Part shown: piece by piece, positions 29,701 through 38,412 of the stretch
How positions within the stretch are numbered: the first letter of the stretch is position 1
How the letters are laid out: every line of letters starts with the position of its first letter
DNA from: Lytechinus pictus
Lineage: Eukaryota
Reading direction: 5' to 3'
Assembly: GCF_037042905.1 (NCBI RefSeq)
Contig: NC_087245.1
Span: 4,280,001-4,344,000, forward strand
DNA: 64,000 nucleotides
The notes under the pieces: generated by a model
What the model saw: the letters and a program-made list of their open reading frames with translations, nothing else
The model's database searches: none
Told to the model about the DNA's origin: nothing
Made by a program: the position numbers and the translations under genes

Positions 29701-30333
29701 CATCAATTTGTAACTTCCTCACATAGCTTGGATTACTAAACAGGCGCACGCCACAACACCGTAATGTAGAAATAGATCTATGCTTAATGCATGATATAAA
29801 TGGAGAGGTATCGGTTAAAAAATAAAGAAAAAAATATACAAAAATCGTTAAAAAATGCAGTGTATGGTCTGGTTCCTAATACCGTACTAGTACTTCTTTA
29901 TTTGATCTAGTAAGATGGGGGGGGGGGGGTGTCTGGACACTTTTCCATTTTAAAATGTCAATGAACTGAACTATCTGATGCCTCGTTATCCATGTTGTAA
30001 CACTACAGTGTGTATCCATACTCTAATAATCCATTATGACATTGGATTGTAAAGTTACTCTCAACCTTCCTATCCCCTTGGCTTCCATTACATCCTTTCG
30101 GTTAAGCGGTTATCCCAACAACTCAATTATCATCGCTACAGAAATTCAATGATCACCACCGGGCCAGCTCAGGCAGGCATTACGCACGATTTGCGTAGCA
30201 GTACTACAAAACTTACCTGGAGTCCATAGGGAACCATAACGCAGTGTTCTTCTGGATCTGTAGTTCTTAAAATGTGTTCAAGTTGTTCCCTAACATTGAG
30301 CCAAGGCCGGAATTTAGAATCCAGCAATGCCAT
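351..30333 (-). CDS. WDR87: Multi-exon WD40-repeat protein, WDR87-like (WDR87/WDR97 family); 31 exons in window, 3' end beyond left edge
   Basis: 31 GT-AG exons join in one open frame (3798 nt, 1266 codons) from ATG 30333. WD motifs: ITASMDGAIKVWN, GHYASVTGLVIHP..ISSSKDGTLRIWR, ATTSDDGALKIWD. Segments RILCAAEDGGVRLIS, VLIFDSSTNPCQAKELL and VCFANPRGDLLVGF resemble recalled vertebrate WDR87. Later come APDGYIPNSVIR, poly-Pro and HEAT-like helices. WDR87 versus WDR97 orthology is not proven. Confidence 0.8.
819..990 (-). CDS. WDR87-like exon 30 (LVNFGGPM...NAMADNE), HEAT-like
   Basis: Overlaps ORF 783..986; TAG acceptor, GAG|GTCAGA donor, phase 2 to 0. Confidence 0.8.
1098..1468. mobile_element. 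Foldback-type non-autonomous DNA element, copy 1
   Basis: Inverted arms built of ~15-bp subrepeats; 8-bp TSD AGTTCACC/AGCTCACC. Confidence 0.8.
1985..2054 (-). CDS. WDR87-like exon 29 (SLLEESSSDRYKSICDLLLELN)
   Basis: TAG acceptor, GTAAGC donor, phase 1 to 2. Confidence 0.78.
2914..3327. mobile_element. Foldback-type non-autonomous DNA element, copy 2
   Basis: Collinear with 1098-1468; 8-bp TSD GAGGCAAA/AAGGCAAA. Confidence 0.8.
3484..4348. mobile_element. TTAA-flanked non-autonomous DNA transposon (Kolobok-like)
   Basis: TTAA-AGATCCAGACCGG ... CCGGTCAGGGTCT-TTAA; AG..CT termini. Confidence 0.7.
4469..4634 (-). CDS. WDR87-like exon 28 (RGTLAGISQDEEE...TVKTL)
   Basis: Within ORF 4434..4643; CAG acceptor, GTGAGT donor at 4468 keeps frame with exon 29. 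Confidence 0.8.
4967..6041. mobile_element. Kolobok-like MITE family A (host of a nested insertion)
   Basis: TIR AGGGAAGTTCAC / GTGAACTTCCCCT with long imperfect inverted arms; TTAA/TTTA flanks. Confidence 0.7.
5347..5940. mobile_element. Kolobok-like MITE family B, nested copy
   Basis: TTAA-AGGTCAAGTCCACCCC ... GGGGTGGAATTGTCCT-TTAA; homologous copies at 52601 and 58310. Confidence 0.85.
6461..6535 (-). CDS. WDR87-like exon 27 (VSTKKTKRTGRG...KKYKR)
   Basis: AAG acceptor, GTAAAT donor, 25 codons. Confidence 0.62.
6878..7076. mobile_element. Small MITE with 8-bp TSD
   Basis: TGACATTTG / CAAATGTCA inverted ends; TSD TTCTACAA/TTCTACAC; internal GGTTA/TTAGGG-like repeats. Confidence 0.55.
7117..7175 (-). 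CDS. WDR87-like exon 26 (KVVGKLVLSHPGFSEERGKT)
   Basis: TTTTTTCAG acceptor, GTAAGT donor, phase 1 to 0. Confidence 0.72.
8201..8387 (-). CDS. WDR87-like exon 25 (EDHEPYTW...RRLSL)
   Basis: Within ORF 8160..8393; CAG acceptor, GTAAGT donor, phase 0 to 1. Confidence 0.78.
8947..9000 (-). CDS. WDR87-like exon 24 (VPEGRVHFVEGDQSDVEY)
   Basis: TAG acceptor, GTAAGT donor, 18 codons. Confidence 0.7.
9801..9892 (-). CDS. WDR87-like exon 23 (GYIPNSVIRKIVQ-P8-SSPKEWKLKD)
   Basis: Completes APDGYIPNSV; AAG acceptor, GTAAGT donor. Confidence 0.82.
10305..10387. mobile_element. 83-bp Harbinger-like MITE
   Basis: TIR GGGCCCGTAACACAAAG / CTTTGTGTTACGGGACC, CAG TSD. Confidence 0.7.
10454..10717 (-). CDS. 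WDR87-like exon 22 (ESSKISK...KLPIAPD)
   Basis: Overlaps ORF 10359..10691; CAG acceptor, GTATGT donor, phase 1 to 1. Confidence 0.82.
11269..11382 (-). CDS. WDR87-like exon 21 (TAESKKTAP...DQALSIS)
   Basis: TAG acceptor, CAG|GTTAGT donor, symmetric phase 1 to 1 (skippable in frame). Confidence 0.7.
11697..11926 (-). CDS. WDR87-like exon 20 (FNLKTIPTFP...LAEKR)
   Basis: Within ORF 11647..11934; CAG acceptor, GAG|GTGGGT donor, phase 2 to 1. Confidence 0.8.
12477..12593 (-). CDS. WDR87-like exon 19 (HVSISSYLP...FNPDLPL)
   Basis: CAG acceptor, GTGAGT donor, phase 2 to 2. Confidence 0.85.
14108..15254. mobile_element. Helentron/HINE (DINE-1)-like non-autonomous element with internal satellite
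   Basis: Subterminal inverted repeat TTGTCTCGCCTGC (14128) / GCAGGCGAGACAA (15239), terminal hairpin 15223-15250, central tandem array, GAC microsatellite. Confidence 0.7.
14190..15178. repeat. 154-bp tandem repeat, about 6.4 copies
   Basis: AGATGGACCTCT recurs at 14190, 14348, 14493, 14647, 14801, 14955, 15109. Confidence 0.95.
15398..15513 (-). CDS. WDR87-like exon 18 (IWDVTNTLVREL...FANPRGDLLVGFQNHI)
   Basis: Family-typical CFANxRGDLLV motif; CAG acceptor, AAG|GTAAGT donor. Confidence 0.9.
16025..16231. mobile_element. Harbinger-like MITE
   Basis: ~36-bp TIR GGGGGT(A/G)TTTCACAAAG..TTTAAGTATGACTTAGAG; CTG TSD. Confidence 0.75.
16292..16360 (-). CDS. WDR87-like exon 17 (ITALCSCPSLGLFATTSDDGALK)
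   Basis: WD40 repeat; CAG acceptor, AAG|GTAAAT donor. Confidence 0.88.
16498..16580. repeat. Degenerate (CAT)n microsatellite
   Basis: Direct reading. Confidence 0.7.
16688..17055. mobile_element. Penelope-like relic with inverted terminal segments and hammerhead-like motifs
   Basis: 13-bp TSD ATATCCTGACATT (16675, 17056); inverted arms 16688-16772 and 16908-17023, each with CTGAGGA-stem-GAAACGTC. Confidence 0.65.
16904..16949 (+). ncRNA. Minimal type-I hammerhead-ribozyme-like motif
   Basis: TATGTC-CTGAGGA-C-AACAAG-AACACA-CTTGTC-GAAAC-GTC-GAGATA: core boxes, stem II, stem I with 5/6 pairs. Confidence 0.45.
17136..17292 (-). CDS. WDR87-like exon 16 (VVDMYELS...DHDHTKQ)
   Basis: Within ORF 17124..17342; CAG acceptor, CAG|GTAAAG donor, phase 2 to 0. 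Confidence 0.82.
17913..17983 (-). CDS. WDR87-like exon 15 (IACTASPSHLSMLGNILCTVLPT)
   Basis: Long polypyrimidine tract plus TAG acceptor, GTGAGT donor, phase 0 to 2. Confidence 0.78.
19293..19361 (-). CDS. WDR87-like exon 14 (LVKIWEIG...CLKV)
   Basis: Completes WD motif GSDR-LVKIWE; CAG acceptor, GTATGT donor. Confidence 0.8.
20166..20396 (-). CDS. WDR87-like exon 13 (DCANGCEE...LISCGSDR)
   Basis: Within ORF 20157..20420; CAG acceptor, GTGAGA donor, 77 codons. Confidence 0.88.
20590..20850. repeat. Imperfect (CAT)n microsatellite
   Basis: Direct reading; produces spurious poly-H/I/M ORFs. Confidence 0.95.
20940..21107 (-). CDS. WDR87-like exon 12 (VLTDIVYDPKN...LALVKL)
   Basis: TAG acceptor, GTAAGA donor, 56 codons. 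Confidence 0.88.
21697..21771 (-). CDS. WDR87-like exon 11 (DGGVRLISAVSGTELTIIYPMPSYQ)
   Basis: TAG acceptor, CAG|GTAAGT donor, 25 codons. Confidence 0.85.
22238..22333 (-). CDS. WDR87-like exon 10 (FHHLFTP...SRILCAAE)
   Basis: TAG acceptor, GAG|GTGAGT donor, 32 codons. Confidence 0.85.
22490..22808. mobile_element. Degenerate Harbinger-like MITE
   Basis: GGCCCGTATTCTGAAGTCGG... versus ...CCTGAGTTCAACACATGGGTC imperfect inverted ends. Confidence 0.45.
22848..22955 (-). CDS. WDR87-like exon 9 (THRLNVGEKV...IKVWNFNL)
   Basis: CAG acceptor, GTGAGT donor, 36 codons. Confidence 0.85.
23375..23463 (-). CDS. WDR87-like exon 8 (GLVIHPADPLLISSSKDGTLRIWRLDTFEL)
   Basis: WD40 repeat; CAG acceptor, GTTAGT donor, phase 1 to 0. 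Confidence 0.9.
24209..24333 (-). CDS. WDR87-like exon 7 (FVFYRKLEYCITASMDGAIKVWN...GHYASVT)
   Basis: Classic WD40 repeat; TAG acceptor, GTCAGT donor, phase 2 to 1. Confidence 0.9.
25461..25530 (+). mobile_element. Decayed tRNA-derived SINE head
   Basis: A-box-like GGTGGTTAAGTGG and B-box GGTTCAAATCC. Confidence 0.4.
25724..25917 (-). CDS. WDR87-like exon 6 (IRDPLVRG...HASALT)
   Basis: Within ORF 25720..25953; CAG acceptor, GTAAAT donor, phase 0 to 2. Confidence 0.85.
26308..26389 (-). CDS. WDR87-like exon 5 (CMVYNEDMDELVTGGRGFLQAW...)
   Basis: TAG acceptor, GTTAGT donor, phase 2 to 0. Confidence 0.85.
26832..26935 (-). CDS. WDR87-like exon 4 (VFVGYSPDVTLHVF...ETIL)
   Basis: CAG acceptor, GTAGG donor, phase 0 to 2. 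Confidence 0.85.
27238..27289 (-). CDS. WDR87-like exon 3 (IKINTLMSRIIFVPQHR)
   Basis: TAG acceptor, GTGAGT donor, phase 2 to 0. Confidence 0.8.
27821..27981 (-). CDS. WDR87-like exon 2 (LAQTFHHRHVIRCM...VKCQ)
   Basis: TTTTTAG acceptor, AAG|GTCAGT donor, phase 0 to 2. Confidence 0.8.
29584..29760 (-). mobile_element. SINE with 7SL (Alu-domain)-like head
   Basis: Minus strand starts GGTGTTGTGGCGTGCGCCTGT..TAATCCAAGCTA; B-box-like GGTTCGAG; ATAC tail; 7-bp TSD GTAATGT. Confidence 0.7.
30217..30333 (-). CDS. WDR87-like exon 1 (MALLDSKFRPW...VPYGLQ)
   Basis: GCC-ATG-G start context, 39 codons, CAG|GTAAGT donor, CpG-rich surroundings. Confidence 0.8.
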
Positions 30334-30560
30334 GGCCAGAATTCAACCCCCTTTCGGGGAATTCGATCTGGAATTCTTAAGCAATATGATGTGATGTGGG
30401 TGACTAGCCGGCGTGACCCAAAACTAGCGCATTGTGAAAAATGTAAACAATAAACACGTGCTACTCTCGTTTCTTCAAGCGAGGATCATACAATGATCTA
30501 TCAAGTCATTATGACGTAATACTCGCGGCATGCGCTCAGTGGTGGACTTTGGGGTAAGGT
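30334..30560 (-). promoter_or_regulatory. Probable promoter/5' UTR region of the WDR87-like gene
   Basis: Locally CpG-retaining unique sequence directly upstream of the ATG; forkhead-like GTAAACAATAAACA near 30443, CRE-like TGACGTAA near 30512. Confidence 0.5.
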
Positions 30561-31156
30561 AAAACATAAACAAGCTATTAATTAAAACAAAGCAAAGCAA
30601 AGTAAATGTAAATACACGCACCTACCTGCATTACAAGAACAATAGGTTTTATTCGGGGTTTTATTATGAAATAACAGTATGTGAAAAATTCTACACATAT
30701 ACACACTCAACCAGTGCGTTTATCCAAGGAGATATCACTCTATCTCCTTGGTTTATCCTTATCTCTATGGTTTATCTTCATCAACCTGAATAAGCAGCAC
30801 TTACTCTGGAAGAAGAAGAAACCCCCCCCCCCCCCAAAAAAAAAAAAAAAAAAAATGAATGGAAAGAGCTGAACTTGAGATTTAAAGGAAATAATTTTTT
30901 TTCTATTCTTCAAAAAAAAAGAATGAAATGATGGGGGGGGGGAGGGCAGGGGGGTGCGCTACTCAATTTTACAGGATGGGCTCGAAAAGGCACAGCAGAG
31001 GGTCCCGGAAAAGTATTTACAAGGATTCATATTCTCCACAAAATCCCATAACATGGTTATAGTTAATGTATGTATTTACAGTATTTTTTCCAGTATAAAA
31101 TAAAAACCCAAACCAAAAAGTGAAGTTACACTAGATCTTTTTGAAACAGGCCCCTG

Positions 31157-31304
31157 GGGACTGTTTCATAAAAGTTGTCAGCACTGACAATCTGTCTTCC
31201 TCTGACAGTACAATAGTAACAATCAGAGGCAGGTGCCTCTCAGCCAATCAAGTTAGTAGATTCACTGAAATTATCAGTGCCGATAACTTTCATGAAACGC
31301 CCCC
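31157..31304. mobile_element. Harbinger-like MITE
   Basis: GGGACTGTTTCATAAAAGTTGTCAGCACTGAC / TCAGTGCCGATAACTTTCATGAAACGCCCC inverted ends. Confidence 0.6.
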
Positions 31305-34300
31305 CCCCCCCCCCCCCCCCCCCGCTCAGATCATTAGGGGAATGATTATCAATTTCAACCCTCATCCTATTTTACCATGATTACTGATGTAATTCTCTCT
31401 AACATTTCAATTTAAACATTCATCTCATTCATTCAATTTATTAATTTATTTGCACAACTCCTGTTTTATTTCCTGAAATATTATCATTTATCTCCATCCC
31501 CACCATACCCAGTCTCTTCCTTCTATCCCCCTTTCCTCTCTGCCCCTCCCCTCCCTTTCCTCTGCTTCTCTCTCTTTCTACCTTTAACTTTCCTCTATTT
31601 TCCTTTCTACTCCTTTCCAGTAATTTCTCTTATCTTACACTCAATTTTCTGATCTCATACAGAAGAAAAAAATAATGAAACAAACAATAATGATTTGGTT
31701 GTTTAAGAAATTGCTTTTTCTTTCCAACATTCTTACACAAATGATATATAATTTCTGCAATTTTAGAAAACCAGCACTTTTGATTACAAAGTAGTGTATA
31801 GTGTTAGCATTGTACAATAGATGGAGAGTAGGTTTGGGTTTTGAATTGATTGCATAATAATTATCCCATTGGAGAGTGATACAGTTTTTATGTGATCATC
31901 CAGGCACATATCAAATCTAATTAGGATGATTAAAAACACTTTTGTTTGAATATCTAAATATGCTTCTATATGAATGCATTTGCATACAAAGCGTACTATC
32001 ATACATCAGAGAGCTTGTTCATTTTCATCTGTTGACAGCTAAAAAGGACTTTCACAGTGAAGTGGAAGTTTTTGTTATCATGTTCTTAAATCAAACCCAT
32101 TCATAACCTTACTCTAAATGTTAAGATTATTAATCAATCCCAGTTACCAATAATGTTTGTTAGAGTGAAAATTACTTTCAATTTTTATTTCATTTGAACA
32201 AAAGTTTGTTGATTTGTTGATATCTTATATCATTCTATACTCAGAAAGGTGCGAGTTATAAGAAATCCAGTTATAAAGTGCAAACTTTGCATTGCAATAC
32301 CATCACACATGATTTATACTGGATGATTATAATCAAAAGCCAGTTTAACAGTTCCCACAGGTTACAGATTCCATTGGCTACATTGTGTTCATACAACAGA
32401 AATTAATTACACTGCTATAAACATAATGACATGTCTCTGCCTCATTTCCCAGCATATTTGATCATATATTTGATATATTGATATACATTAAAAAACAGAT
32501 CATAACTTCTTATACAACACAAAATATACATATATTTTCAGCATGATATTGCAATCATGAGGAAGTCTTAACATTCACATTAACTTCCAATAAAAATATC
32601 ATTATAAAACATCCATCTTACAACATTAAGTGACATATATATACAGTAATGATGCTTTAATGATAACCGTTTGGTAGTTTCTTTATGGAGTTTCTTGCAG
32701 GTTTGAGCTATTCAGCTGTTGAAATCTTCATTTACCATAAGTAACTCCATTGGCATGATCATTGGATGAAAACTCTTATCACGAAAACATATGTAAGGAC
32801 AATAGTCATCTGAAATATCATCAGATGAATACAAAAAGGACATTTCCCACTTATTGTCCTATATACTTTTCAATTTCATGATTTTTGGACAAAATTAAGC
32901 TTGAAAAAACAGAACAAAAAAAAATAAGCTCAGCAATAGTTGGTGCCCTGACATGGTCAAATAAGTCACCCTACTTATCATATCCAGCAATTTTCTAACA
33001 AAAGATTTGCCCATAGCTAGAGAAAATCTTGGGGGATTGTGTTTTGAACTATTTGTGATTTAGATTAGTCCAAAGCATAAAATGGTTCTTCCTTCAGCAT
33101 TCTATTCCCTCACATCCCATTGACACTGTATACAATATTTTACTGAGCTGGTTCGAGGTCCAACTGAACGAGCCATGTTTAGCATCATGAAACTCTCTTT
33201 ACACAACTATATGGTTCTCTGAATTTCTGGTCCCACTCTAAGTCAGCAAGCAAGCAATCTCACAGAGTCTAATGACTGTGCCTTCTGCTCTCTGGCTTCA
33301 CAATCAGAGGGCGCCATTTATTTTAATCCAAATTTCTAGAGTTAACACCCTCCCATTAATCAATCAACATTAATAGCTATTGTGAATGAAAGGACAGAAA
33401 CTACCTGAGTGCATATTTAATGGTATATACGGTAATGGTGGTGGTGAATAACATATCTTTTTGTATGTAAGCCAAGACTAATGCCTGATACTAGCAGATG
33501 ATTCTTTGCTATAACTGCAATGGCTGACTTGAGATTATGAAATAACAAAATATGGTAAGATGGTGCTCACCATGTTGGCTTTGTTTCTTCATGTTCGTGG
33601 CAAGCATAATATTGAATCCTAAATTGCTCATGCCTGAAGGCTTTATATGTTGTCAATCAGTTTATGAAATAAGTCAATACACAAACAACATGGATGTAAT
33701 AGGTTAGATAAGACCATCTTCTGTTAATAATGAATTCATATTCATATACAACATACAAATGCAAGGAGCTTACATGGATGTATCTCTGGATTTAAAAAAC
33801 CAATACAACCTGAAATAATTTATTTGTTGCTAGGTGAGGCAATTACAGTTTGTACCTCCAATGAAGTACATGTATATGTGTATGTCATACATGCAATTAG
33901 CATCCCAGCTATTACATATTTTCATTAGACATACAGAATATTTTTTGTCATTGTAGTGAAGTTATTAATGTATGTCCAGGCACTTTGCAGAAATATGAAT
34001 TACATTCAGTATACGTATCATTTCTATGGTAGCGAACTAGCGATCCTTTGTAAAATTAACCTTCAGAATAGTGACCATTCCTATCCCTTTCTAGATACAG
34101 TAGGCCTATTTAATCAATTTACGATTTCCTAAGGGTCGGTAAATTTTGACTTATTGATTGACTTCTGAAAAAAGCTGTAAACATAAATGCAGTTTTCTAG
34201 AAGGAATGTATTTTCAGTTAATTACTCATTATAATAGAAACCTTGTAAAGACTATTCACAATTTTTTTCTTACTACACACAAAATAAAATTAGTAATTGG

Positions 34301-37300
34301 AATCTTGATGAACATGTTTACATTGTATTTTATCAATAAAAAAATCATAAAGGGGGTCTTGAACTTTGGAGATGTAAAATGAACTTCTTGAAACAAATTA
34401 ATATCTGTTTTGAAACATCAGGTAGAATACTCCAGTATGTTAAAAAAATAATTGTAAATGAAAGCATTATGTTGAAGTGTACTCATCACAACCAAGGAGA
34501 GAACAAAAGTAATTATAATTCAAGATATTTCTAGATTTTGGGAGCAATAACAAGGCTGCTTGTTGAAAGTAACAAATTCCTTCCACAAAATTGCACACAA
34601 ACAGGATACTTCAGATATAACTGAACCTGATTATACACAATCCTAAGAAGTCAACCAAATTAATGTAGAATCATAAACCATACAAACGTTAATTTACCAT
34701 CTTTACAATCCTTAGAGTTATTTAAAACTTTATATTCATATTGCAAATTTAAAAAAAATGATTTTCTCTTATTTACTTAGGTAAAATCATCAACTTAGGA
34801 CTGACTTGCATATGACAATTATCAAACATGACTGTAATTCAAAAATATTTAGCAGCTTATCAACATATATCATTCATTTCATATAATCTCATATATTTGT
34901 ATATTTATATACAGTGTAAACATAACCTCTGATTAAACATTCAATATCATACAGCAAAATATACATTCGATGAAATATACAGTCACAAAATTACAAGAAC
35001 AAAATTTTTATACAACGTTTGGAGGCATTAACATGTTTAAGTATTAAACATGGCATAAAACACACACTTTAAAGCGAAATCAAAGCAGTAAAATATCACA
35101 TGAAAAAAAATTATATATTTGGTTTCAGAATGTACACATATGAGATGAACAGAGTTGCAAAAAAAAATTCTACAGACCAAAATACAAAACATAAATCCAG
35201 TTGTATGTACAAAGTTTTTATCAGTAATATTACTGCTGTATTTAAATCTATTGTGTTTACAGAAAATGGTAACATTATGTGTAAAATGCAACAGTAAATG
35301 ACATATTTTTGAGATAGTCAAAGTATACATGTAGATCACAATGTCAATTTCTTCCTTTTTTTAAATCTCTTAAATTCTGATTTCTCTCTTTACAAAAAAT
35401 AAGTTCAGCCTTTTTAAGCCTCAGTTTAGACATTGTTTTTACTATTAAATAGCTAAATTATGAATAAAGAAGTGATGTAATCAACACATCAAGCTCAAAT
35501 TATTGTAAACAATAAAACAAAAATACATGTACAACAAAACAGAGCAAAGTTAGCACTTATAAAATTGAAGATTATAAGCCTGCAGTCTAAGACAGAATAT
35601 ATTGGGGTTCCCCCGCCATGTTAACTTACTAGTATTTCATTAACATTTATCTAAGAGGTCTCACATTTATGAAATAATATATACTACATGATATGAGATT
35701 AAAAACAATGTTTTAACACTCAAAGTAATGATTGTATCACTTACCATGAACATAAAACAGTAAAACCGTATTTTTATAAACAAGACCAGCACTTTGCATT
35801 TCTATCATAAGAAAAGCATTGCAAAAAATAATTATCCTCCACCTTGCTAAATCAATTCAAAATAAAATCTTCATAGAAGATATAAAATGATAGGAAAAAA
35901 GACAAAATCATATCACTACATTGTTTTCATTTCATATGTGCAAGAACTGTGTGTCATAGGACATCAATTTCCTTGTGCAATTCGGACAAAGAAAATTTTT
36001 GAAAAACAGAAATCATATTTCATGTCCGATCACAAGAGCAAATGATAATTACCTATTGATCAATACTCAGAGTATAACATATTTCAATAAGTATAATAAT
36101 GAAACAAAGGCTTGGAAATTATAAAACAACAAAATATGACTTACTGAAATATACTTCTCCATTTGAACTGTTAGCTTTACATGAAAACTGCTGGAACAAC
36201 ATTTTTTCATCATATAATTTTTCAGATGTGTTTCATAACATGAGTAAGATAAGACAGGCTCATATTAATTGCAATGATATAGTAAAAAAAAAAAAAAACT
36301 TGGATAGAAACCATTCAGTAACCAATACAGTAGATAAGCTAATAAGATCAAATCCACTAATGTTTTAGTTATGCCTTGTCAAGGTTAAAGTCAGCAATTT
36401 GATTTGGATGATATGGAATCTCTTGTATTATGGAGTCTTAGATCTTGGTTCCAGCTTTTATCACTGTCACATCATGGATTACCATAAACACAGAACCTTT
36501 TAAGTAAAATCATGGAGCTACTCCGTTAGTAGCTCCATGGTAAGATCCTGCTTAACTTTCCTGAGATGCTATCACCATCTCTGAACTCCTCTATTCTCAG
36601 AATACAAGAGCTTTGCAGATGAATCCGTTAACATTTTGTAATATTTGTATAGTGTTTTGAAGCTCTATATTTTACTTCTATCAAAAATGGTAAATATAAA
36701 TCACATAGTCTAAAATCCTATTATCATGTTTTTGTCAAGATGATAATCACCATTCCCTGATTCTTTTATCATATGATTGCATATTGTAAAATGTTTTTAT
36801 TTCAATGATTTCTTTGTGTAAATGAGATTATGAATAAAAAGCAGATGGTACTTTTTTTTTCAAAGATAAAACTGTAAGTTTGAAGAAAATGAATCCAGTT
36901 CATCTTTATGAGAAATTCACATCAATAATTAGTTAGAAAGGAAATTTTTCTAGAGGGCAGGAGAAGTACAAATAGTAGAAGAGAAAATAAATGAACGGCT
37001 GAATTCTTTTTGCTTGCTGCATCAAGCAAGCGAGCATGCCTCGGGCATTTCACACCCAATAAAAACATCATGAGGAAATAATGCATCAAAATGTCATTCT
37101 CTTATAGTGAGGGCTTCAATTGGAAATGACAATAGGTCAAAAGACAAGGAAAAAAAACAGCATGAAAACATACCTCAAAGCTATTCAGTCTTTTCTATAA
37201 TCCATGTTTGACAGTAGAAATATCTAAGCAAGGATGAAAGTTAATTACATTTTCATCTGAGTTATCAAGAAATATACAGGGAAAATTAGTAAAATTTATG

Positions 37301-37997
37301 TTTGATAAATCTTTTTCAAATACCTGTAAGCAACATAACCAGAACCAATTTTCATTAAGAATTTGTCTACTTTGCTTTTTATTATCAAGGCAAAAACGAT
37401 GATTAGAGAGAGAGAGAAATATTAAGAAGCCAATTATTTCATGAACTTTCATCAACTCACATGGGATTGCCCTTAAAAACAAATTTCTAGATATCTTCCT
37501 TGAAATTAAAGACTGTGAATTGATCATAACAAGGGAATGAGATGAAAATCCTTGCCCAAAGGCTTCATATGTATTCCCATGTTTGATCCGTTTCTACTGA
37601 TAGGGGATCAACTTTCACTTGTTTGGAATTGGCAAGTAATCTGAATATTTTTAGCTCAGTACAATTCTAACTTGGCATTAAATTGTTTTGATACAAATGC
37701 TTACTCTTCTTGTGTATTTCTTATTCATGTCAATTAAAAAAGGGTAATTGAAGGTTTTAAGACAGATTTGTACTGACCGGAATATTAGTTCAAAACATCT
37801 TGATTATGTTTATATCAAATATTTATTACTTCATACAACTTAGAATAACAAATAAAATACAATATTTTTATATAAATCTCTTTGGATGAAAGAAATAATC
37901 TTGCATTTCACCCTAATTCTGATCAGCCTACCTGATAATATATAAGAATGATAAAACAAAATCAGATCAAAGACATTTGTTAGTCCATGCTGACTTA

Positions 37998-38412
37998 AGG
38001 CCACCGCACACCTTACGACTGTTCGCGATCCGATTTTGGAACAAATCGAATTTTGCTCATTTTCTGAAAATGTGAATGGAACATATCATTTTATTTGAGG
38101 TTAAAATTTATTGAAAGAATACTAATATAACCATTTTGAAAGATTTCAAGCTTTTATTTTGGAGTAAAGGCCAAGTTAGTTTCAAATCGTAGCCAATCGT
38201 ACGACTGCTATGACTTCATTACGACTAGATATTAAATTCGCTTTTATTCTAAGAAGGATGATAGCATAGTTACAGATTTGAACATAGGTATTCGTACAAT
38301 GATTTAGAACATTACACAGTGAGATATTCCAAGTCTCAATATTAGCATCAAATTCTACTACATTTTATCCTGAAATTGGGTCGCACACCAATCGTAAGGT
38401 GTGCGGTCGCCT
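37998..38412. mobile_element. PIF/Harbinger-like MITE
   Basis: TIR AGGC(C/G)ACCGCACACCTTACGA; 3-bp TSD TTA. Confidence 0.8.

Noticed and set aside
29700..29760. Functional SRP (7SL) RNA gene
   Set aside because: Only the first ~45 nt resemble 7SL; no S domain; flanked by a TSD
29917..31323. Poly-G/poly-C tracts as promoter G-quadruplex elements
   Set aside because: Similar homopolymers occur throughout the window (e.g. near 8553, 21575, 50569, 54185), so they are not promoter-specific
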